From positions 256,001 to 320,000 of the forward strand of contig CAWBVY010000006.1 of assembly GCA_963792415.1 (NCBI GenBank): a stretch of 64,000 nt of DNA, written 5' to 3'. A program made the position numbers and the translations under genes. The first letter of the stretch is position 1; each line of letters opens with the position of its first letter. The notes beneath the pieces were generated by a model that saw only the letters and a list, made by a program, of their open reading frames with translations, had not been told where the DNA came from and did no database searches. Shown in pieces: positions 56,105 through 64,000 of the stretch. This DNA is from Candidatus Deferrimicrobiaceae bacterium. Lineage in GTDB: Bacteria > Desulfobacterota > Deferrimicrobia > Deferrimicrobiales > Deferrimicrobiaceae.

Positions 56105-57436
56105 CTACCCCCCACCCGCATACCAGTCTTCCCGGGTCAGCGGCAGCCCGCTCTCCCCATCGAAGGTCTTGGAAAGGAGAACCTGGTACACGGTGTTCCG
56201 ACCCTCCCGAAATTTGTGAGCCGCACCGGCCAGGTACAGCCTCCATAGCCTGTAGGTCGTCTCGTCGGTAACGCTGCATGCCTCTTCGCGCCGGGCTTCC
56301 AGCCGCCTCAACCAGTGTCCGAGAGTGAGCGCATAGTGCTCCCGCAGACTCTCCACGTCGCGCACCTCGAAGCCGCTTGTCTCCGCCGCACGCAGCGTCG
56401 TGGCGAGAGGCAATAGTTCCCCATCCGGGAAGATGTAGGAATCGGAGAAAGAGGGCCCTGGGAGAGGGGGAAAGCCGGGATTACTGGCAATCCCGTGGTT
56501 CAGGAAGACGCCGGCCGGCCGAAGCAGGCGGAAGGCCCCCCGGAAATATTCCCGCAGCCGGGACTCGCCCACATGCTCGAACATCCCCACGCTGACCAGC
56601 TTGTCGTAGCTTTCCGGCGCGTCGATTTCCCGGTAGTCACGGACATCGACCCGGCAGCGGTCGGAGAGCCCGGCCAGGCGGATCCGTTCGTTCGCAAGAT
56701 CCGCCTGGGGTCTGCTCAACGTGATCCCGTGCGCCTGGACGCCGTAGTGCTTCGCCGCGTGGATGACCAGTCCTCCCCATCCACATCCGATGTCGAGCAC
56801 GCGATCATCGCGCTGCAGCCGGAGCTTCCGGCAAAGGTAATCCAGCTTCCGTTCCTGGGCCGAGTCCAGATTGTCGGCGGGATCCGTGAAATACCCGCAG
56901 GAGTACACCATCCGCTCGTCCAACCACAGGGAATAGAATGCATTGGACAGATCGTAGTGATAGGTGACGGCCTGCCGATCCCGCCCCATCGAGTGGAGGG
57001 GGCCGCGCAATCTTTCCGTCGGACGGGAGCCCCGGTGACGGCCAGAGGACGGCAGGGCGAGCAGAAGGCGGGCGAACCGGAGGCGCTCGGCCAAGCCGAG
57101 GCGCAGATGAACCAGGCGGTCCGCGAGGAAAAATGCGCTACCGATGTCCCCTTCGATGTCGAGATCGTTGTAGAGATACGCTTCGCCGAGGGCGAGTTCG
57201 CTCGGCGACCCGAACATTCTCCGGAATACGCCGGGATTTCGCAGGACCATTGTAAACCGCGAGGGTTCACTCGGCTCGGCGTCCCAGACGCTCCCGTCCC
57301 ACAACCGGAACGAGAAATCCCGGGGATGAAAGCCGTCGAGCACCTCCTGGAGGAAGGCAAGACATTTGGGGGCGATGCGATCGGAGGGGGCCGCGCCCGG
57401 TTTCCCGGGGGATGGGAGATCGACTCCGACTTGCAT
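56105..57436 (-). CDS. cfa: Cyclopropane-fatty-acyl-phospholipid synthase
   Basis: HYDLSN, MVYSCGY, LDIGCGWG, SVGMFEHVG, YIFPDG, HYALTL. Confidence 0.92.
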   Translation of the reverse strand: MQVGVDLPSPGKPGAAPSDRIAPKCLAFLQEVLDGFHPRDFSFRLWDGSVWDAEPSEPSRFTMVLRNPGVFRRMFGSPSELALGEAYLYNDLDIEGDIGSAFFLADRLVHLRLGLAERLRFARLLLALPSSGRHRGSRPTERLRGPLHSMGRDRQAVTYHYDLSNAFYSLWLDERMVYSCGYFTDPADNLDSAQERKLDYLCRKLRLQRDDRVLDIGCGWGGLVIHAAKHYGVQAHGITLSRPQADLANERIRLAGLSDRCRVDVRDYREIDAPESYDKLVSVGMFEHVGESRLREYFRGAFRLLRPAGVFLNHGIASNPGFPPLPGPSFSDSYIFPDGELLPLATTLRAAETSGFEVRDVESLREHYALTLGHWLRRLEARREEACSVTDETTYRLWRLYLAGAAHKFREGRNTVYQVLLSKTFDGESGLPLTREDWYAGGG

Positions 57437-57596
57437 GGTCCACCTCGCGCGTTGAGGAAGAAAACTCCGCACGCGCAATCGGAGAACTAGCCGTTACCCG
57501 AGGCCACCAAGGAATCGGAAAGCGTTTCCTCCGTTGAAAATATCCGAGCATTTCGTGGTACGTCAAGAGGCAATACAGGATTCATGATGGAGGGCG

Positions 57597-57606
57597 GACC
57601 TTCGGG
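57597..57606 (+). repeat. GACCTTCGGG motif copy
   Basis: Exact core in the cfa-cysteine synthase intergenic region. Confidence 0.6.
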
Positions 57607-57851
57607 TTGGCTGCACCAAGCGAAAACCTTGTGCTCCGAGATCGCTTCGAGTCCCACAGGACTCCCCGGGCAGGACGAATCCGGGCGCTGGACGGTCGCT
57701 GTTCGAATCCCTCCCGGAAAATCGTGTTGTGATGAGGATGGCCCCATCATCGGGGAATCGTCGGACGCAGCCGTTCTCTCCCTCCGACTGTAGACGAAAA
57801 CAGTGATTTTGTGCATCATTAGAAACACCGCAGCTCCCGGGAGGGCCGAAA

Positions 57852-58784
57852 ATGTCTGTCGCAATCATGAATTCCCATGACCTCCGATCCTCGATCGGCT
57901 TCACCCCCGTTATCGAGCTTCGCAAGCTGAACCCCAACCCGGCGGTTCGGCTTCTTGCCAAGCTGGAAGGAAACAACCCGGGCGGTTCCGTCAAGGACCG
58001 TCCCGCGATGTTCATGATCGAGGGAGCGGAGAAACGGGGGGATTTGACACCGGGGAAGACGATCCTGGAGCCGACCTCCGGAAACACGGGAATCGCCATC
58101 GCGATGCTGGGAGCGGCAAGGGGGTACCGGATCAAGCTGGTGATGCCCGCCTGCGTGAGCATGGAGCGCCGTGCGGTCCTGTCGGCCTTCGGCGCGGAAC
58201 TCGTCCTCTCCCCTTTCGATGAGGGCACCGATGGCGCGATCCGGCTTGCGCACCGCATCCTCGAGGATTCTCCGGACGAATATTACATGCCGAACCAGTA
58301 CGCCAACCCGGACAACGTCCGCGCCCATTACGAAACCACGGGCCCCGAGATCTATCAACAGACGGAGGGGGAGATCGACTACTTCGTGGCAGGGATGGGA
58401 ACGGGGGGAACGCTCATGGGTACGGGCGCGTACCTGCGCAGCAAAAAGAAGGAGATCCGGGTCTTCGGGGTGGAACCCAAACCGGGCCACAAGATCCAGG
58501 GGCTCAAAAGCATGAAGGAGGCCATCGTCCCGGCGATCTACCGGGAGGAGAACCTCGACGGGAAATTGATCGTCGACGACGACCCCGCGTTTGAAACCAC
58601 CCGGCGCCTTGCGGTCGAGGAAGGGCTTTTCGTCGGGATGTCGAGCGGCGCGGCTGTGGCGGGCGCCATGGAACTTGCGAAGTGTCTTTCGTCCGGAACC
58701 ATCGTTGCGCTGTTACCCGACCGGGGGGACCGATACCTGAGCACCTCCCTGTTCCGGTCCACGTGCGGAGCCTGCCCTCCCTGA
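57852..58784 (+). CDS. cysM: Cysteine synthase (O-acetylserine sulfhydrylase, CysM-like) with a C-terminal CxxCPP tail
   Basis: NPGGSVKDR (PLP Lys), TSGNTG, GMGTGGT, PDRGDRYLS. Confidence 0.85.
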   Translation: MSVAIMNSHDLRSSIGFTPVIELRKLNPNPAVRLLAKLEGNNPGGSVKDRPAMFMIEGAEKRGDLTPGKTILEPTSGNTGIAIAMLGAARGYRIKLVMPACVSMERRAVLSAFGAELVLSPFDEGTDGAIRLAHRILEDSPDEYYMPNQYANPDNVRAHYETTGPEIYQQTEGEIDYFVAGMGTGGTLMGTGAYLRSKKKEIRVFGVEPKPGHKIQGLKSMKEAIVPAIYREENLDGKLIVDDDPAFETTRRLAVEEGLFVGMSSGAAVAGAMELAKCLSSGTIVALLPDRGDRYLSTSLFRSTCGACPP

Positions 58785-58844
58785 CGGAGGGAGGAAGCAC
58801 ACGGTGCCGCCGGGCGGCGCCCGATACCCCGCCAGGCGCCAATA

Positions 58845-59249
58845 TTATCGAATGACAACTTCCTTATGCATCAGCTTGAGGATCACGATGATGAGAAGGA
58901 TCAGGATCGCGATCCCGATGAGGACCCCGATCCCGTCGTCCGCCCCCGCCGCTGCCCGGTCGGCCAGGGAGGCCAGCCGGTGCAGGTCCTGCGCGCTCAT
59001 CGGCTCGACCTTCGCCTTCGCCTCCTCGGGCGACACGCCGTAGTCGACCAGCTTCTGGAGGACGATCTTGTTCTCGAGGAACGACTGAACCTTCGCCAAG
59101 TCCTCCGAACGAGCTTCCGCCTCTGAGAGATTGGAGGCGATCAGTCCCGCCTCGGCGACCCCCCGCAGCGATCCCAGCACGCCTGTCCAGCCCGCCATTG
59201 CCACCGCCAGCACAACGAACCAGCCCGCTTTCCGCAATGACGTCATCAC
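58845..59249 (-). CDS. PA2779-family exported protein
   Basis: Signal peptide, QKLVDYGVSPEEAKAKV...AAG plus C-terminal TM. Confidence 0.85.
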   Translation of the reverse strand: MMTSLRKAGWFVVLAVAMAGWTGVLGSLRGVAEAGLIASNLSEAEARSEDLAKVQSFLENKIVLQKLVDYGVSPEEAKAKVEPMSAQDLHRLASLADRAAAGADDGIGVLIGIAILILLIIVILKLMHKEVVIR

Positions 59250-59342
59250 CGATTCCTCCGTACCCTGTCCCGGTCCGGGATCGCTCCCGGACCGGATAAC
59301 TTTTCGAACCTTTTCCCCGCGGCGGCGGGGATGTTTCCTCCC

Positions 59343-59837
59343 CTACTCGTAGCGATGCCCTTTCTTATTGCCGTGCATGTCCCCCTTGTGCTTCCCGCCG
59401 TGTTTCCCGTGGCTCTTCTTCCACTGGCCGTAGGGGATTCGATTCTCGTGGGCATAGACAGTGCGGTAGTTCGCGGGAACCCTGTAAACAGGCGCCGGGA
59501 CGTGCCTTTGACCCACGGCCACCCACTTCCCGTTGTAGGCGCTGGCCCGGTACCACCGATCCCCCCGGCGGTTCCACCAACGGTTGTCATAGAAAAAGAG
59601 GTCGACGCTTACACCGGGTGCGAAGTAGACGTTCGACCTGGGGATAATCACCATTTCCGGGGGTTGATCGACATACACCGGCTGCGGAGCGACGATCACG
59701 GGGGCTGGTGCGACGGCAACGCCGACCGGAATTCCGAGATTGACGTTGACGTTGGTTCCGGCATAAACGGGGACTGCACTCGCGGCAAATCCTGAAAGAG
59801 CGAGAACCGACAGAAGCACAAGAAATCTTGTTTTCAT
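59343..59837 (-). CDS. Exported Pro/aromatic-rich protein with a His/Lys-rich tail
   Basis: Signal peptide; NVNVNLG, PPEMVIIP, DLFFY...WYRA...W. Confidence 0.8.
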   Translation of the reverse strand: MKTRFLVLLSVLALSGFAASAVPVYAGTNVNVNLGIPVGVAVAPAPVIVAPQPVYVDQPPEMVIIPRSNVYFAPGVSVDLFFYDNRWWNRRGDRWYRASAYNGKWVAVGQRHVPAPVYRVPANYRTVYAHENRIPYGQWKKSHGKHGGKHKGDMHGNKKGHRYE

Positions 59838-60164
59838 CTCTTCCTCCGAATCTTCTTTCCGCCTTCGGAAATTTTCCTTCGTCGCCCGATGGACGAAGGG
59901 TGCGTCAGGCTTTTCATCGAGGGCTATCGGAATTCCCCACCTACGTGAATTTCAAAATTGTCATTGCGCTGATGATTTCGATATCCACACCTCCGGCAAA
60001 ACCCCGCAAAGGCCGGTTTTTAGGCAGTGCAGACTGCCCCGAACATCTGATCAAAGTGTTAATCACGAAGTATGCCAAGAAAGGAAAGTAACGATGAGGT
60101 GGAATCCAGATAAGTGACCGGATCCCCGATTTTACTCCAACCGGATGCGGGGATTATGGGATTC

Positions 60165-60174
60165 GACCTTCGGG
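60165..60174 (+). repeat. GACCTTCGGG motif copy
   Basis: Exact core, intergenic, just beyond the 3' end of the 60197 gene. Confidence 0.6.
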
Positions 60175-60196
60175 GGATGCAGGCCGTGCGGATTCC

Positions 60197-62626
60197 CTAC
60201 GAGCGGATTTCCCGGCCGACCCGCTGAAAAAGCAGACCCGCCATGAGGTAGAGGAGCGCGCCGATCACAACCGTCCCGCGGAAGCCGAGCCACAAGGCTC
60301 CGATCGACGCGAGCGACGCCCCGGCCACGGAAAAGAAGCCGTTCGCGGCCCAGGCGAAAGGGATCGCCGAACCGCCTGCCGCGGCAAGGCGCGAGATCGC
60401 CGCCGGGAACGGAATCCCCATCAGGAACGCCGCCGGCGCGAGCGTTGCGACGAACGCGGCCGTCCGCATCGGCCACCCGCGCGCAAGCAGAGGGTTCGCT
60501 GCGGCCGAGAGCATGACGAACCCGGCTACGACGCACACCGCGATGCCCGCGAAGACCCGCCTCATCGCCCGCTCCGATTCCCATCGTCCGGACATGGCGC
60601 TCCCGATCCCGGAGAAAAAGGAAAATCCCCCGATCGCCAGGCCGGCGGCGCGGATGGTATCTCCGAGGACGAGGATGCCGGCCTTTAGGAAGGTGAGCTC
60701 CACCAGCATGTAACCCAGCCCGAGCGCCGAGAAGTAGCCGGCCACGGAGATCGTAGCCGCCTTCCCGGTTCCGTCCCGTGCGAAGGCGGCCGGCAGAAGC
60801 AGAAGCATCGCCGCAAGGACGAGCGACACGCCCAGCGAGAGCACCAGGAACACGATGCCCCACTCTACGAAGGGTATCCACTGGCTCCCGAGGAGCCGCT
60901 TGAACTCCGGCAACGTCCGCAGGCGCAGGAAGCGATGGAAGTACGGCGAGTCGTCGGTGACGGGCGAGAGGTCGAACAGTCCGGTATCGCTTCCCCCGGG
61001 CGGCCCGCTAATGGCATCGGAAACCGCGTCGCGCAGCGCCCGTTCCTCCGCGCCGCTTCCGGCTTCGGAACCCGCAGCGGGCCAGACCATCGAATACCCG
61101 TGGTCGGAGCAGAACCGCCTCACCCGTTCTATCTCTGCCGGATGAAACGGGGTGCGCCGCGCAACCACGGAAAAAGTCCCCCAGCCGTGGATCGCGGCGA
61201 CCCGATCGGCGGCGGGCACAAGGCGGGCGGCCGAGAGCTCGGCCTGGATCGTGCGGAGGATCTTTACGTTCTCCCTCGGGGGGGACTTGAGCCACCCCGA
61301 AAACGCGAGGAGTCCGCCCTCCCCCAGGCGGGCGAGCGCCGCCCGGATTCCCTCGCGCGTGAGGAGGAACGTCTCGCCGGTCGCGTGGACCCCGAGCGAG
61401 GAAAAGGTCGCCGAGGAGATGTCCGCGACCTCGATAACGTCGAAGACCCGTTTGTCCCGGGCGAGGAAGTTGCGCGCCCCTTCTTCCCGGATCTCGACGG
61501 GAAGAGACCCCGGCCATCCCCCCGAGAACCCGGAGAGGTCCTCGCGGACCAGTCGCACGAGTTCCTGCGCGGGCTCCACGATCGTAATGGCTGATGCGGC
61601 GTTCGCCGCGGCCGTCAACACCCCTTCCGTCCCACCGAGGCCGAGCAGGAGGACCCGCGGATGTTCAAAAAGCCGGTACGGGAGAACGGAGGGAAAATAA
61701 TCGAGATACGCGGGGGACGTCCTGAAACCATCCTTCGGAACGATTCCGCGCTGCTCGCCATCCGCGAACAGCGTTGCCTGCGGCGGGATCTCTCCCGCGA
61801 AACGGATGCTCAGCCCCGGCGCGCTGTGGACCCCCGGGGCAAAGAGTGCCCGGTAATCTCCCGAAATTCCGAAACGGTATGCGATCTCCCGCGCCCCCGG
61901 CAGGTTCCGGACGGCAGCCAGATCCTTGTAGGGCGAGAGCTTGAGATCCGCGGGCGGGATGACCGTGAGGAAGAGGATGGCGCACAGCGCGGCCACGCGG
62001 CCCTTTCGCAATCCCCCGCCCTTGTCCGAAAGGACAAAGGCGCACGCCACCGCCCCGAGCGCGAGGGGAAGCCGCAGGAGCCCCCCGGTCGGCACGAGCA
62101 TGAGGAACGGGAGCGCGACGAGAGCGCCGGCCGCCGACCCCGCGAAGGACGCCGCGTAGACCGGGCCGGGCCGCAAGCCGAGGAACGCGAACGGGATCGC
62201 CATCGCGCAGCCCGAAAGGAAAAAGGGCACGGCGAGAAGGAAGAAGAAGCCCCCGAATCGCGGCCACGCCACGGGATCCCACAGGAGCAGGAACGGGTCG
62301 AACGAGACGAACTGCGAGGCGCGGAACGCGAGGTCGAACGCCGGCGCGGCGAGAAGGACCATCCACGCGAAGAACCGGCCTGGAGACCTTTCAACGCGCC
62401 GCCGTGCGATCTGGAGCGCGACCCCTGCGCCCCCGAAGCCGAGCATCGCCTGTGAGACGATCAGCGGGACGAAGTGCGGCCAGAACCGGAACGACAGAAG
62501 GCGAATGAGGACGATCTCGTTCGCCAGCGTGGCCGCCGAAAGGAAGAAGACGGCGAGAACGATTCTTCCCGCCTTCGCGTCCGCGAAAACCGGATCCCCG
62601 CGGTCCCTTGGCGCTGCCGTGGACAA
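60197..62626 (-). CDS. Multi-TM membrane protein with a spermidine synthase-like SAM-binding domain
   Basis: N- and C-terminal TM bundles; LLLGLGG, IVEP, EGARNFL, FDVI, PVTDDSPYF, AWAANG. Confidence 0.82.
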   Translation of the reverse strand: MSTAAPRDRGDPVFADAKAGRIVLAVFFLSAATLANEIVLIRLLSFRFWPHFVPLIVSQAMLGFGGAGVALQIARRRVERSPGRFFAWMVLLAAPAFDLAFRASQFVSFDPFLLLWDPVAWPRFGGFFFLLAVPFFLSGCAMAIPFAFLGLRPGPVYAASFAGSAAGALVALPFLMLVPTGGLLRLPLALGAVACAFVLSDKGGGLRKGRVAALCAILFLTVIPPADLKLSPYKDLAAVRNLPGAREIAYRFGISGDYRALFAPGVHSAPGLSIRFAGEIPPQATLFADGEQRGIVPKDGFRTSPAYLDYFPSVLPYRLFEHPRVLLLGLGGTEGVLTAAANAASAITIVEPAQELVRLVREDLSGFSGGWPGSLPVEIREEGARNFLARDKRVFDVIEVADISSATFSSLGVHATGETFLLTREGIRAALARLGEGGLLAFSGWLKSPPRENVKILRTIQAELSAARLVPAADRVAAIHGWGTFSVVARRTPFHPAEIERVRRFCSDHGYSMVWPAAGSEAGSGAEERALRDAVSDAISGPPGGSDTGLFDLSPVTDDSPYFHRFLRLRTLPEFKRLLGSQWIPFVEWGIVFLVLSLGVSLVLAAMLLLLPAAFARDGTGKAATISVAGYFSALGLGYMLVELTFLKAGILVLGDTIRAAGLAIGGFSFFSGIGSAMSGRWESERAMRRVFAGIAVCVVAGFVMLSAAANPLLARGWPMRTAAFVATLAPAAFLMGIPFPAAISRLAAAGGSAIPFAWAANGFFSVAGASLASIGALWLGFRGTVVIGALLYLMAGLLFQRVGREIRS

Positions 62627-62638
62627 GCGGGGGCCCCG

Positions 62639-63349
62639 TCAGTGTCCAAGGAGGCGGACGAAGGCGACGGGAAGAACATTTCTTTGGGTAATCTCGCCTC
62701 GGGCGTCCTTCTCGATGAAGACGAGGTTCTGGGTCATGAAGGGCCCGCCGACCGGCATGATCATCCGACCCCCGTTCCCGAGCTGGCGCAGAAGAGGCGG
62801 GGGGATGTGCCCCCCCGCGCAGGTCACGATGATGGCGTCGAACGGCCCCTTCTCCTCCCAGCCGTAATAACCGTCCCCCTGCCGGAGGACGACGTTGCGG
62901 AACCCGAGGTCCGAAAGCGTCCGCCGGCTGCGGGCGGCCAGGGATTCGAGGATCTCCACGGAGTAGACCTCCGCGGCGAGCTTCGCGGCGACCGCCGCCT
63001 GGTAGCCGGACCCGGTTCCCACCTCGAGAACACGGTCGGTCTCCTTGAGGCGCAGGATCTGCGTCATGAAGCCGACGACGTAGGGTTGCGAGATCGTCTG
63101 CCCTTCCCCGATGGGCAGGGGATACGGTTCATACGCCTTCGCCCGGAACGAAGGGGGAACAAACAGGTGCCGCGGGACGTCCCGCATCGCGGCCAGAACG
63201 CGCGGATCGGAAACCCCATCGCGCTCGATCTGGTCGCGCACCATCGCCGCCCGCTTCTGCAGGTACGGGTCGTCTGTCGCCAGCGCCGGATGGAGCGCCG
63301 CCGACAGGACGGCCGCGGCGATCGTGAGAAGAGAGAGGGCAATTTTCAT
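62639..63349 (-). CDS. pcm: Protein-L-isoaspartate O-methyltransferase with a signal-like N-terminus
   Basis: VPRHLFV, GQTISQP, LEVGTGSGYQAA, GDG..GW...PFDAI, FVRL. Confidence 0.93.
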   Translation of the reverse strand: MKIALSLLTIAAAVLSAALHPALATDDPYLQKRAAMVRDQIERDGVSDPRVLAAMRDVPRHLFVPPSFRAKAYEPYPLPIGEGQTISQPYVVGFMTQILRLKETDRVLEVGTGSGYQAAVAAKLAAEVYSVEILESLAARSRRTLSDLGFRNVVLRQGDGYYGWEEKGPFDAIIVTCAGGHIPPPLLRQLGNGGRMIMPVGGPFMTQNLVFIEKDARGEITQRNVLPVAFVRLLGH

Positions 63350-63484
63350 GGCTTCCGCATCTCCGAAGGCGTCAGGATCGACTCCCTCCGTACGTTGTGC
63401 GCAATACCCACTATAATGTCATTGTATACGCAAATCGGAATGTGCCGTTGCGTCGTGTCACCATCCCTATCCCGCCACCTCATG

Positions 63485-63533
63485 GATCGCATACTCTTTT
63501 CAATGGGATCCCTCGCAGCAACCGACCTTCGGG
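63485..63533 (+). repeat. Long copy of the intergenic GATC...GATC...GACCTTCGGG element
   Basis: 41/49 identical to 50861-50909. Confidence 0.8.
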
Positions 63534-63714
63534 TGGGTGAACCATGATTCGGGTGGACCGATAATCGAGGGGGGCAGGTCAACATTCCAGCTGAAAACCC
63601 GGTGAAAACTTTTCGGGGGCCCGGGAATGGTTTTCTGCGGAGAACCGTTGTATAATCCAGCATTATTGCAGTCGAATCCACCGCCATACCGACAGGATAA
63701 ATGGAGGAAATCGT

Positions 63715-64000
63715 ATGCACAAACATGAATTCAATTTTGAAGACTTTATCGAGAACGTCAAGGATATGGACTATAACGACATCATGAATTATGGAAACAT
63801 GATAGTTACCGAAAGTGAAAGTTTTTTAAAATCACATCATGATGCCGGAATGGAAGTAAACATGGAAATGAAACAATATTCTGAAAAAATAAAGGCTTTT
63901 CTATTATTCATAAGTCAAGGCATTAAACCCAGATTCATAAGCGCGCACGACTTCAAACTGTATCGTATTGTCGTTGAGTTTCTGGTTGCCAAGGAACAGA
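63715..64000 (+). CDS. AT-rich hypothetical protein, 3' truncated by the window edge (MHKHEFNFEDFIENVK...)
   Basis: RBS GGAGG; open frame to the window end; absent from the ORF track. Confidence 0.7.
   Translation, partial: MHKHEFNFEDFIENVKDMDYNDIMNYGNMIVTESESFLKSHHDAGMEVNMEMKQYSEKIKAFLLFISQGIKPRFISAHDFKLYRIVVEFLVAKEQ

Noticed and set aside
1-64000. Genome-wide TGA reassignment (for example TGA=Trp) to explain three in-frame TGAs
   Set aside because: Many genes end at TGA exactly where their families end and TGG is used for Trp; two of the three cases sit at catalytic Cys positions with SECIS-like hairpins.
1-64000. CRISPR array, tRNA/rRNA, integron integrase/attC, IS transposase
   Set aside because: I saw no regularly spaced repeat-spacer units, cloverleaf or rRNA signatures, attC-type inverted cores or recombinase ORFs; this was by eye only.

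Overview
A high-GC bacterial chromosomal window. Gene content (multiheme c-type cytochromes, an Fe-S/NrfD quinol-oxidoreductase pair, sigma54-type promoters, selenoproteins) suggests an anaerobic deltaproteobacterial-type (Desulfobacterota-like) organism; this is inference only. It holds about 60 genes, mostly metabolic or envelope singletons, plus topA, msrB, cfa, a cysteine synthase and pcm. I saw no rRNA, tRNA, CRISPR array, integrase or transposase. Main observations: (1) Two genes split by the ORF track at an in-frame TGA look like selenoproteins, each with a SECIS-like hairpin: a DsbA/FrnE-like UxxC protein, and a Sec-rhodanese fused to a ferritin-like domain that sits behind a SelD-N-terminal-like flavoprotein. 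(2) A divergent redox module couples a Tat 4Fe-4S protein and NrfD with a pentaheme cytochrome, three GcvH-like proteins lacking the canonical lipoyl-Lys, and an unannotated membrane micropeptide; it carries fossil traces of an inverted duplication. (3) An intergenic motif GACCTTCGGG recurs as co-oriented direct repeats across 49-64 kb and delimits AT-richer gene modules like a cassette array. (4) Several unannotated small ORFs, a shared 17-bp palindromic operator and gene remnants. All calls come from reading motifs by eye; no database searches were run.
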